A stretch of 64,000 nt of DNA from Piromyces finnis finn (lineage: Eukaryota; Fungi; Neocallimastigomycota), in contig MCFH01000023.1 of NCBI GenBank assembly GCA_002104945.1, positions 558,001-622,000 of the forward strand. Reading direction: 5' to 3'. Position numbers and translations under genes: made by a program. Under the pieces are notes generated by a model. It worked only from the letters and a program-made list of their open reading frames with translations. It was not told where the DNA came from and did no database searches. This document shows, in pieces, positions 33,162 to 45,708 of the stretch (the stretch's first letter is position 1; the number at the start of each line of letters is the position of its first letter).

Positions 33162-35087
33162 TTAATTCTGTAATAATGTTATTATTCTAGAATATTTTTT
33201 TTCTTTCGCATATTCCACAGCATCTTTATTTTTATTATCTTTTGTATAAACAATAGCATTATTAGCCAATAAAAGATTGATTATTCTCTCTAATCCTAAT
33301 ATTGCAGCATGTATCAACACGGTTTTCCCTTCAATATCATGATCATTTATGTTTGCTCCATATTTTATTAGCAATTTTATAATTTCATACTTATTATTCT
33401 TACATGCTATAATAATTGGAGAGTAATTAAATATTCCACCTTTTTCATTCACAAAGGCACCATTATCAAGTAAAAGTTGAACAATTTCATAATATCCTTT
33501 TTCACACGATACAAAGAGCGCTGTTTCCTCTTTATAATCAATCTCATTAACATTAGCACCATAAGAAATAAGTAATTGAGCAATTGAAGAATATCCTTTT
33601 TCACATGCATAAATTAATGGTGTTTTTTCCATATTATCTTTGCAATTAACATTAGCACCATGTTGAAGAAATAGATCCACTAAATTTTCATTTCCTTTAA
33701 TACACGCTATAGTTAAAGGGGTCTTTCCATCCCTATTAGTTTCATCAATATTAACATTCATTTCAAGTAATAAATTTATAATTTTAACTCTATTATTTAT
33801 AGTTGCTATTAATAAATCAGATCCACCAAAAGCTTTTTTATCAATTTTGTTACTTTCACTTACAGCACATGTTTGAAGTAATAATTTTAATATATCATAA
33901 TAACCCTTTTCAGTTGCATAGTAAAATGCATTATTACTAAATTTATCTTCAACAAACACGTTAATTCCATACTCTATTAACATTTTTGCTATATTTATGT
34001 TTCCTTTTCTACATGAATAAATAAGAGAAGATCTACCTGCAGAATCAGTATCATTAATATTTATTTTATTATTAGTTAATAATAACTCCACTATATTTTC
34101 AAAACCATATTCGCATGATGTTATTAAAGGACATTTTCCCTTGATATCTTTATTATTAACATCTGCATTGTTTTTTAATAATAACTTTACTATGTTAATG
34201 TTTCCTTTTTCACAAGCATAGTTCAATGCAGATTTACAGTTATTTCCTGTCTCATTTACATCACCATGTAATTGAATTAAGAGACTTAATAAGTCAAAAT
34301 CATTTTGTTCTGCTGCATATATAATTGGTGTTTTCCCTTCAATGTCTTTACAATTAATATCTGCATTTCCATTTAATAATAATCTTACAAAATTTTTCCT
34401 TTGTTGTTTAATTGCTACTAATAAAGCAGTATCCCCATTAATATTCTTGTTATTAACATTTATTCTATTATATTGTTGTTCTAATAAATAATTTAAATCT
34501 TTGTTCTTTAATGTTAATTTATTTCTTGATGTAGTCAATAAGTTCAATATAAAATCTTTGTCAAAGACATAATAACTAATAATCTTTTTGGTATATATTT
34601 CATTTTGATAATATAATGAATAAATTAATCCTGAATTTCCTGAAATGTCAGTTAAATTAACATTAATTCCATGTTTCAGTAAATAATTTAATGACTTTTC
34701 TGTAATAAGTTTTTTCTTGAAAAGATATATTAATACAGTCTCATTAAATCTATTAATATAATTTATATTTGCACCTTTGTTGAGAAGTATATCAGAAATA
34801 TAAAAGTTTTCATTTTTTAATGATATAAATAACGGTGTTTCTCCTGTGTGAATTTCAAAATTTAAATTTTCATTTTCATATATACTTATAAAATATTCAA
34901 TAATTGAATTAATTGAATTATCTATTGAAAATAATAAAGGATTATTGTTTGTTAAATCAAAATTCTTTGGATTTAGATTATTTTTTTCAACAAATTCCTT
35001 TATTTTTTCAAGATTATTTTGAGATAATAAGTCATTAAGGCTTTGCTTATCCGATATGTTTTCTGTATTTTCTTCATTCATATTCAT
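33162..35087 (-). CDS. Intronless ankyrin-repeat protein (~640 aa)
   Basis: Many ~33-aa repeats of the G-x-TPL/AL-xx-A-xx-G-xxx-IV-x-LL-xx-GA-x-VN type. Probable start ATG at 35087 (MNMNEE); the track ORF begins at a non-ATG codon. Confidence 0.9.
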   Translation of the reverse strand: MNMNEENTENISDKQSLNDLLSQNNLEKIKEFVEKNNLNPKNFDLTNNNPLLFSIDNSINSIIEYFISIYENENLNFEIHTGETPLFISLKNENFYISDILLNKGANINYINRFNETVLIYLFKKKLITEKSLNYLLKHGINVNLTDISGNSGLIYSLYYQNEIYTKKIISYYVFDKDFILNLLTTSRNKLTLKNKDLNYLLEQQYNRINVNNKNINGDTALLVAIKQQRKNFVRLLLNGNADINCKDIEGKTPIIYAAEQNDFDLLSLLIQLHGDVNETGNNCKSALNYACEKGNINIVKLLLKNNADVNNKDIKGKCPLITSCEYGFENIVELLLTNNKININDTDSAGRSSLIYSCRKGNINIAKMLIEYGINVFVEDKFSNNAFYYATEKGYYDILKLLLQTCAVSESNKIDKKAFGGSDLLIATINNRVKIINLLLEMNVNIDETNRDGKTPLTIACIKGNENLVDLFLQHGANVNCKDNMEKTPLIYACEKGYSSIAQLLISYGANVNEIDYKEETALFVSCEKGYYEIVQLLLDNGAFVNEKGGIFNYSPIIIACKNNKYEIIKLLIKYGANINDHDIEGKTVLIHAAILGLERIINLLLANNAIVYTKDNKNKDAVEYAKEKKYSRIITLLQN

Positions 35088-35469
35088 ATTTAGTATTTTA
35101 AAAAAAAATGGATGATGTATAAGATGAAAAAAATATTTTTTAAAAAAATACACGTGATTAAATTATAATACTTTTATAGATATTACAAAGTAAAATTTGA
35201 ATTAAAACATTAAATATTAATAAAACTAGGATTGAACAATTATTCAATTTTGCTTTAATTTTTACTATTACTTTATTTTTCTTTTTTATTTTGCATTTAT
35301 TTTATTTTTAATTTTTGTTTTTATTTTTATGTATTATTTAATATTATTTATTTTTATTAATTATTGTTTGTTTCCCCTCTTTTTTTTTTTTTTTTTTAAT
35401 TGCATTTCAAATAAATTTATATTATTTTAGTATATTTAATTATAACATTTTATATTTTAATTAACAATA

Positions 35470-37204
35470 TTATTCACTTTTCTTTTCAAAAGAATGATAG
35501 TTATCCATGATTTTGTTAAAGTGTGTAATATCAACATTATATTTTTCAGCATCGCTTCTGACAACACTTGCAAAATAGTCTGTTTGTTCGCCTAGCTTAA
35601 CCTTGAAATGGGCATGACAGAAAGCTTCAATATCAAATGAGCAAATATAAAGTGATATGAAATGGACAAAAATAAGAATAGAAGAAAATAACAACGATGG
35701 AACAAAAGGAATAGCTTTAACAAGAAAACTGCATTTATTGTCAGTTTTTTTCATCACAGTCTGAGATGTTTCACATAAAGCAGTTGTAAGTAATGTTACT
35801 GTATTAATATCTCTTCCTAGATTAAATAAGTCCCAATTATACATGGAACAAACTGCTAAAAATGGTGCAGCCATTACACAAATAATACCATATTGTGTAT
35901 CTTTATCAATATTAACGGCATTTATTCCTAAAAAAAAAAATAAACATTTAATTATGATTTAAAAAATTAATAAATGATAATTTAAAAAATTTTTTTTTAA
36001 AAAAAAAAAGTTATTTATAAAGAAATACCTCCTTTATTTAAAAGATTTATAAATGCGTTAGTAGCTTCTTTAGCCTCTTCAGTTAATTTTCCATAGACTT
36101 CTGGAATAGTAGTACAATAAACAATAACTTTATTTAAATTGTCTTCTTCTTTATCTTTTTTAGCACATTCTTCACCACGTGGTTCAAATTTTTGATTTTC
36201 CAAAGGAGCAAAATAAGAACAAATATTAGTTTGACCAGATATTATTTGAGATTTATCAACGCCCATATCAATAATACGTTGCATACTAGTTTCATCTGGA
36301 ATAGGACTAGTATAGTAAACATTTTTTTGGTATTTATTATTAAGATAACTAATTAAGGTTTTAAGCCAGTCACCTTCACCTAAACGATTACAAGGAACGG
36401 CGAAAACAACATAATCTAATTGCTCCGGTAAATTTGGAGTATTACCACTTGCAACATCAGTGTCTGTAGTAATAGTATAATCAGAAAATTTTTCAGTTGT
36501 TGATTTATTTAAAAAACGAAAAGCAGAAGTCAAACGGTGTATTCTTAATGGATATTTAGTAAGATTTTGTTTATTATGTTCACGGATATAGAAATGAATC
36601 TTTGCACCAGCCTTGAAAAGATGGTAACCATAAACCTATAATATAACAGAAAAGGAAATAATTACAAAATAAATTAATAACACAATTAAATTGAATTTTA
36701 ATGTTTATAACCAAAGAAAAAAAAAATTTTTTTTATTTTTAAAATTATATAATAAAAATATATAATAATATTTTTTTATATATGAAACAATGTATTAATT
36801 TCTTTTTCTTTTTTTTTTTTTTTTTTTACAAAAAAGAATATTTTTAAATAAAATATAATTTAATTACATACTATATTTTCTCTTTTCAATATAATATAAA
36901 AATAAATCATTATTATTATTATTATTATTGTTATTATTACTGCTATTACTATTGTATTTCTAAATAACTATTCTTAATCAACATTTCGATTAATTTATTT
37001 TAATTTTGTTATAAAAATCATATTTTATAATATTCTCTTCAATTAACTAAAATTGATAATATTAATAATAATGAAAAAGATCCTTTTAACACTTTAAGAA
37101 AAAATAAAATTTAAAAATGTAAATTTCAATAATTAATACATTACTCTTCCAATATTTCCAGCCCCAACAACTAAAATTTCAGGTTGTCTTTCTTCTTCTC
37201 CCAT
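35470..37204 (-). CDS. Ketopantoate-reductase-like (ApbA/PanE N-terminal Rossmann) oxidoreductase, paralog A, 3 exons
   Basis: Exons 37204-37145, 36635-36029, 35927-35470 give MGEEERQPEILVVGAGNIGR|VYGYHLFKAGAKIHFYIRE (GxGxxG plus Arg after beta2). The C-terminal half lacks a recognisable PanE SMxxD..TE motif. Confidence 0.7.
36366..36573. repeat. 208-bp tract identical to 38968-39175
   Basis: Base-by-base comparison shows identity, while the flanking coding sequence is clearly diverged. Confidence 0.95.
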
Positions 37205-37822
37205 TTTCTTTTTTATTTTTTTATTAATATAATTAATACCTTATTCTTTTTTTATTTTATTTTATTTTTTTTTTTTTTTTTTTTTTTTTTTATTTTTATT
37301 TAAGAAGAAAATTTTAACTTTACTATATATTTTATAAATTAATTTAATAAAGCATTTAATTACCTAACTTTAATTAATAAAAAGAAAAAGTTAGGAATAC
37401 AACTAAAATATGTATAATCCATATGTTTCTATAAAAATAAAATAGAAAAATATAAACGATTTTATTTTATTTTTAGTATGATAATACAAAAGCATATAAG
37501 GGTAATTCTCATTATATCATATCCATAATAATTGATAAATAGCTATAAAAAAAAAAAATAAAAATAAAAAAAAATAATAATAATAATACTCTTTATCTAA
37601 AAAAGATATTTATTTATCCAATATAAGGTTTTTAATATTCTTTAACATTCTTTAATATTCTTTATTATAATATGTAGTTTTTTTAATATAATAAATAAAA
37701 AGTATTCACTTTTTCTTATTTTTTTTAATAGATATATTGACTATTTTTATTAAACATTACTACTTTTTAATTATAAATATATATATATTAATTTTAATTA
37801 TTATATATTATTCAAAAACATT

Positions 37823-39466
<1,644 letters not shown>

Positions 39467-40026
39467 TTTTATATTTATATTTATATTGTATTATTTAATA
39501 TTTTATAATTTTGTTTTTTTTTTGTTATTTTGTGTTTTTTTTTTTTAAAAGAAAAAAAAAAAATATTATTTGCAGCAAAAATCTTAAATTAACCTATAAA
39601 GTTTATTTAATATTTTTTTTTTGTTTAAAAAGAATCCATAATAGTAATGATATTAATTAATATGAAAACTTTAATATATTAAAATTAAAGATATATTTTA
39701 AAAAATAATTAATAAAAGTAATTTTAATATTAATATATATTATTCATAATAAATTTTTTTTAAAAATCATTTTATTTTACTTTATTTATAAAGCTTCCAT
39801 ATATATATTTTTTTTTATTTCATATGATTCATTTTATAACTTTACATTTATATTATTAATAAATATGGATATGGATATTGATGTTAATATATTTCAAATA
39901 ATAGATATTATATTTTATATTTTAATTTTAATATATGAGTTTTTAAACTATAAATTGATATTATTGATGATAAAAAATATTCATAAAATTATATATGATA
40001 ATAAGCATTTTAATTATATTATTAAT

Positions 40027-41257
40027 TTAGATTTTCTTTTGAGAAAGTTTATAATCTTCAATTAATTTTTTAAAATGGGTTATATCAACACTATATTGTT
40101 GAGCCTCATGGGTTATAAGTTCAATTAAATGATCAGTTTGACCCCCTAATTTAGTATTAAAATGAGCATTACCGAAGGCTTCAATATCATATGAGCATAG
40201 GTAAGCTGAATTAAGGTAGTTAATATAATAGAGAATAACTAACATGAATGTTGGAAGATAAGCTAATGATTTAACTGCAAAACCACATTTGTTATTGGTT
40301 TTTTTCTTAATGACTTTAATTACTTCACAAACAGAAGCATGAACTAAAGACATATTTTTATAATCACTAGCAGTTTGAGCTAATTTCCAGTTATGCATTG
40401 TTAAACCCATAAATATTGGAGTAGCGGCAGTACAGAAATAACCATATTCAGTGTTACCTCCAACGTTTTTTGATTTAAGTCCTCCTTTATTCAAGATAGA
40501 AACTAAAGCATCTGTTGCTTCTTTAGCTTCTTTTGATAATTCACCAAAAGATTCAGCAGCAGATTTATTATATATAACAACCTTATTTGGATTATCTTCC
40601 TGGTCTTCCTTTTTAGCATTTTCAACGCCTCTAGGATCAAATTTTTGATTTACTAAAGGTGCAAAGAAACTATTACAACCAATTTGACCAGAGATTAATT
40701 TGGTTTTATCAACACCTAAATCCATAAAGCGTTGCATACAAGTTTCATCTGGAACTGGGCTATTATAATAAACTTGATTTGAGTATTTATTATTTAAAAA
40801 GTTTACTAAAGTCTTAAGCCAATCACCCTGACCTAAAAGGTAAGCTGGGACAGCAAAAATAGCATAATCTAAATGATCCGGTAAGTTTGGAGCATTACCA
40901 CTTGCAACTTCAGTATCAGTAGTTACAGTATATTCTGAAAACTTCTTTGTTGTTGATTTATTAAACCAGCGCATAGAGGAAGTTAATTCATGCATACGTA
41001 ATGGATAATTAGTAAGATTTTGTTTATGATGCTCACGTACATAGTAATGAACTTTTGCACCACCTTTGAAAAGATGATAACCATAAACCTATATAATAAA
41101 TAATTAATAATTAATAATAGGTTAATTAATATTTTATTTCTTTTTTAATTTTTTTTATTTGAAAATTTCTTTTTTAAGAAAATTATAATGAATACTTTAC
41201 ACGACCAATACTTCCAGCACCAACAATTAAAACTTGTTTAACTTTATTATCTGCCAT
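40027..41257 (-). CDS. Ketopantoate-reductase-like oxidoreductase, paralog C, 2 exons
   Basis: Exons 41257-41201 and 41088-40027 give MADNKVKQVLIVGAGSIGR|VYGYHLFKGGAKVHYYVRE, then a continuous ORF to the stop. Confidence 0.72.
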
Positions 41258-41799
41258 TTCTTAATGTATACTATTATTTAAATATATTGTATTTGTTGTT
41301 TTTTTGTTTTTTTTTTAAAGAAAAAAAATAAAAAGTTGAATAATTTAACTTTGTATATTGTAAGGTTATCCATTCCTGGTATTTCATTGGATAGTTTTCT
41401 TTGCTAATTTAAATAATATCAAAATATTTAATATAATGAATTAAGTAATATTTATATATTATCCCGTATATTAAATAATTACTATTATAATTTATATATA
41501 GTGATAATACTAAAATATATTAAATAATAATTAACTGCCCTAAAGGATTTCTAAAAAAAAAAAAAAGTAAAATAATTAAAAATATTATTATCAATAAAAC
41601 ATATATATCTTTAAAGAGCCAAGCTCAAAAAATATTATTATAACACACCATCTCACCTCTATTATATTATTTAAAAATTATGAAAATTTAAATTACTTTT
41701 ACTATTAATTTAACAATTTCTTTCCAAATAAACTTATTATTCATTTTAAAGTAATTTTTAAATTAAATATATTTTATAATAAACCTTTAAAAAGGTTTC

Positions 41800-41985
41800 T
41801 CGGCGTAACCTAGAGATAGTGCAATACTAGGAACACCTGTGTTGAAACCCTTAGCATGCTAAGAATGTTTCAACTGGTCTTAAAAATAAGTAAGACAACA
41901 ATGAGGCTTAAAAAACCTCGTTTCAGTTGTCACACTGAAAAGAACAGATACTACACTTGATCTTAGCCAATAGGCCTGAGAGGAT
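41800..41985 (-). ncRNA. U2: U2 spliceosomal snRNA, copy 1
   Basis: Reverse complement reads ATCCTCTCAGGCCTATTGGCTAAGATCAAGTGTAGTATCTGTTCTTTTCAG (invariant U2 5' domain with the GUAGUA branch-pairing motif). Stems IIa, IIb and III and stem IV with the AUUGCAC loop are present; ~186 nt. Ends are approximate. Confidence 0.97.
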
Positions 41986-42020
41986 TGTAAAGATTAAAAA
42001 TGGTACTGGCATTCCACTTC

Positions 42021-42028
42021 TATTTATA
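42021..42028 (-). promoter_or_regulatory. TATA box (TATAAATA) upstream of U2, also at 42944-42951 and 43867-43874
   Basis: About 36-43 nt upstream of the inferred U2 5' end in all three copies. Confidence 0.6.
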
Positions 42029-42056
42029 CTTTTTTTTTTAATAACTAAGACAGCGA

Positions 42057-42070
42057 TATGACGATGAGTT
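42057..42070 (-). promoter_or_regulatory. Candidate snRNA upstream element AACTCATC(G/C)TCATA, also at 42980-42993 and 43901-43914
   Basis: 13 of 14 positions are kept in the otherwise diverged upstream region of copy 3, at about -70 to -85. Confidence 0.5.
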
Positions 42071-42722
42071 TAAACTTTTTTTAAAAAAAAAATATATTTA
42101 TTGGAAGAAAAAAAAATTAATGAAAAACCACATATAATTAATAAAAATTTTTTTTTTAAATTAAAATTTAAAAATTAATTTTTATATATTTTTGAATAAA
42201 CTCTTAATTAATATAATCAATAAATAATAATAATATAATAATTATTATAATTCAAATAAAAACAATCAATGATATGGGATATGGATTTTCCATATTCATT
42301 ATAAATATTTTATTCATTTTGTTAAGGATGAATATAAAAATAAATCGTAAAAGTACATATTTTTTTTTTAATTTTGATACATAAATTGTATTATTTAGAT
42401 TAAATAATACAAAGATTTCTTTTACTTAACTTATAATATCATAAGAACTAAGAGAGATTAATAAAATGAATATTATATGTTATGATAAAAGTAAATTATA
42501 ATTTTATATAAAATAATTTTAACTATCTTTTTGAAAAAAATAGAATTTAATTAAAAAGTTTATTGCAATTTTAGTTTTCATAACAAATTAAAAAAAAATT
42601 TAAAAAAAATTTAAATTACTTTTACTATTAATTTAACAACTTCTTTCCAAATAAACTTATTATTCATTTTAAAGTAATTTTTAAATTAAATATATTTTAT
42701 AATAAACCTTTAAAAAGGTTTC

Positions 42723-42908
42723 TCGGCGTAACCTAGAGATAGTGCAATACTAGGAACACCTGTGTTGAAACCCTTAGCATGCTAAGAATGTTTCAACTGG
42801 TCTTAAAAATAAGTAAGACAACAATGAGGCTTAAAAAACCTCGTTTCAGTTGTCACACTGAAAAGAACAGATACTACACTTGATCTTAGCCAATAGGCCT
42901 GAGAGGAT
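42723..42908 (-). ncRNA. U2: U2 spliceosomal snRNA, copy 2
   Basis: Identical to copy 1. Confidence 0.97.
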
Positions 42909-43645
42909 TGTAAAGATTAAAAATGGTACTGGCATTCCACTTCTATTTATACTTTTTTTTTTAATAACTAAGACAGCGATATGACGATGAGTTTAAACTT
43001 TTTTTAAAAAAAAAATATATTTATTGGAAGAAAAAAAAATTAATGAAAAACCACATATAATTAATAAAAATTTTTTTTTTAAATTAAAATTTAAAAATTA
43101 ATTTTTATATATTTTTGAATAAACTCTTAATTAATATAATCAATAAATAATAATAATATAATAATTATTATAATTCAAATAAAAACAATCAATGATATGG
43201 GATATGGATTTTCCATATTCATTATAAATATTTTATTCATTTTGTTAAGGATGAATATAAAAATAAATCGTAAAAGTACATATTTTTTTTTTAATTTTGA
43301 TACATAAATTGTATTATTTAGATTAAATAATACAAAGATTTCTTTTACTTAACTTATAATATCATAAGAACTAAGAGAGATTAATAAAATGAATATTATA
43401 TGTTATGATAAAAGTAAATTATAATTTTATATAAAATAATTTTAACTATCTTTTTGAAAAAAATAGAATTTAATTAAAAAGTTTATTGCAATTTTAGTTT
43501 TCATAACAAATTAAAAAAAAATTTAAAAAAAATTTAAATTACTTTTACTATTAATTTAACAACTTCTTTCCAAATAAACTTATTATTCATTTTAAAGTAA
43601 TTTTTAAATTAAATATATTTTATAATAAACCTTTAAAAAGGTTTC

Positions 43646-43831
43646 TCGGCGTAACCTAGAGATAGTGCAATACTAGGAACACCTGTGTTGAAACCCTTAG
43701 CATGCTAAGAATGTTTCAACTGGTCTTAAAAATAAGTAAGACAACAATGAGGCTTAAAAAACCTCGTTTCAGTTGTCACACTGAAAAGAACAGATACTAC
43801 ACTTGATCTTAGCCAATAGGCCTGAGAGGAT
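43646..43831 (-). ncRNA. U2: U2 spliceosomal snRNA, copy 3
   Basis: Identical to copy 1. Confidence 0.97.
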
Positions 43832-44014
43832 TGTAAAGATTAAAAATGGTACTGGCATTCCACTTCTATTTATACTTTTTTTTAATAACTAAGACAAAGG
43901 TATGAGGATGAGTTAGAAAATTTAGAATAAAGAATATTGATTGGAAGAAAAATAATTAATTTTATAAATAATTTATATATTATAAGTTATAAAATATATA
44001 TTAATTAAAAATAT

Positions 44015-44061
<47 letters not shown>

Positions 44062-44505
44062 CAATAGTTATACATAGTAATAAAAAAATTATTTTTCATA
44101 TAGATAATATAAATTATATACATAAAAATAATAAATCAAATAAAAAGGTCAAAATACACTAATAATTTTTCCCAAAAAACATAAAGTTTTTTCTTTTATT
44201 TTTTTTTTTTTTACCTTTATTAAAATAGAAATGAAAAGAAATGAAAAAAAAAATAAAAAATAAAAAAATGGAAATATAAATAATAAAGTATTGCTATTTA
44301 ATTAATAAAAAAAAAGGAAGGATTCGATCTTTTAAAATAATGATTTACAATGCGTATAATTCTATATTAATTCTATATTAATATATTATCTTTCCAATAA
44401 ATAATATTTTATTTTTATTTAGGAAAGTTGTGAAAGTTTTAACAATATATATATATTTATAATTTTTTTTAATTATTTTTTCTACGAAAACTATATTTTT
44501 TATTT

Positions 44506-45708
44506 TTAATAATTTGCATAGCCTTGTTGTGGTTGTTGTGGTTGTGGTTGATAATTTAGAGTACCATAATTTTGATCTTGATATTGTACTGCACCATAGT
44601 TTTGATTTTGGTATTGCATTGTACCATAATCTTGTTGATATGCTTGATTATCATAAACTTGGTTGGTATAAGCACCACCATTGCCATATTCCATTTCATA
44701 TTGATTATAAGCTGGTCTTCTTGTATCATAATCATAGGTTGGTCTTGGTTGAGTAACATTTGTTTGATAGCCAAAGTATCCGCCTCCTTCATAATAAGCA
44801 TCATTCTCAAATTGATTATTAAAGCCTGCATTAAATCCTTTACTACTATGCTTTCTTCTGATACTTTTGAAGAGAGCAGATATAGTAAGAAGAAGAATAA
44901 TAACACCTATACCACCTAAAACACAATATACTACAATAAACTGTGGGGATAATAAGTTGGTTTTTTCTTTTTTACCACCTTCAACAATGGTTCCATTATT
45001 GCTATTAAGAGTTGGAGAAGGGGAACTTGTAGGGTAACTTTGAGTTATTGCAGGAGGCTGGGTAGTAAATGTTGGTTGTACTGGTTGAGTAACGTTTTGA
45101 ATAGGTTCATTATTACCTAATGGATTATTAAAATTTGGATCATTTATATTATTGTTGTTATTATCACTATTTCCATTATTCATAATACCATTATTCATAT
45201 TATTGTTGTTATTATTGTTGTTATCATTGCTATTGTTATTGTTATTTCCATTATTGTTATTGTTCATATTTCCATTATTTGGATTATTTATGTTATCATT
45301 AAAATTATTGTTGTTATTACTTCCATTATTCATATCACCAGAATTATTTCCATTATTATTATCTGATCCATTATTATTATTGTTGTTGTTGTTTGAATCA
45401 TTTCCTGAACTATTATTTAAATCATTATCATTATTTCCTTGAGAAAAGTTATCATTTCCAAAATTGTTATCTTTGTCTTTACCATTATTCTTAGATCCAA
45501 ACATGGAATTAAAAAAATTATTATCAATTTGACGTTTTTCGATATTTATTCCATTTTCTAAATCAATATTTATTACTCCTGAAGTTAATATATCACTTCT
45601 ATCTAAGTCTAAATGAATAGGTATCTCAACATCATCTATTTTTATAATTGAACTTAATGATATTGGAACAATTAAAGATAAAAAACCAATTAAACTTATT
45701 ATTTTCAT
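44506..45708 (-). CDS. Single-pass type I membrane protein: signal peptide, Asn-rich and Ser/Thr/Pro ectodomain, Tyr/Gln-rich tail
   Basis: Starts MKIISLIGFLSLIVPISLS; dibasic EKR; poly-Asn; PTFTTQPP..PTSSPSPT; TM FIVVYCVLGGIGVIILLLTISALF followed by KSIRRK; intronless. Confidence 0.8.
   Translation of the reverse strand: MKIISLIGFLSLIVPISLSSIIKIDDVEIPIHLDLDRSDILTSGVINIDLENGINIEKRQIDNNFFNSMFGSKNNGKDKDNNFGNDNFSQGNNDNDLNNSSGNDSNNNNNNNNGSDNNNGNNSGDMNNGSNNNNNFNDNINNPNNGNMNNNNNGNNNNNSNDNNNNNNNNMNNGIMNNGNSDNNNNNINDPNFNNPLGNNEPIQNVTQPVQPTFTTQPPAITQSYPTSSPSPTLNSNNGTIVEGGKKEKTNLLSPQFIVVYCVLGGIGVIILLLTISALFKSIRRKHSSKGFNAGFNNQFENDAYYEGGGYFGYQTNVTQPRPTYDYDTRRPAYNQYEMEYGNGGAYTNQVYDNQAYQQDYGTMQYQNQNYGAVQYQDQNYGTLNYQPQPQQPQQGYANY

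Larger units (their letters stand above)
41683..43896. repeat. 923-bp tandem repeat, ~2.4 units, each carrying one U2 gene
   Basis: Homologous positions 41798/42721/43644 and 41985/42908/43831 are exactly 923 bp apart; the two complete spacers look identical by eye. Confidence 0.95.

Noticed and set aside
41683-43896. Repeat array as CRISPR or tRNA/5S cluster
   Set aside because: Units are 923 bp with identical spacers, and the conserved core is U2 snRNA; no cas genes or tRNA cloverleaf.
44514-45442. Antisense or alternate-frame ORFs over real genes (also 5977, 19229, 20354, 29898, 40451, 51365, 51935, 56460, 56700, 62490)
   Set aside because: Shadow frames of low-complexity or codon-biased coding sequence.
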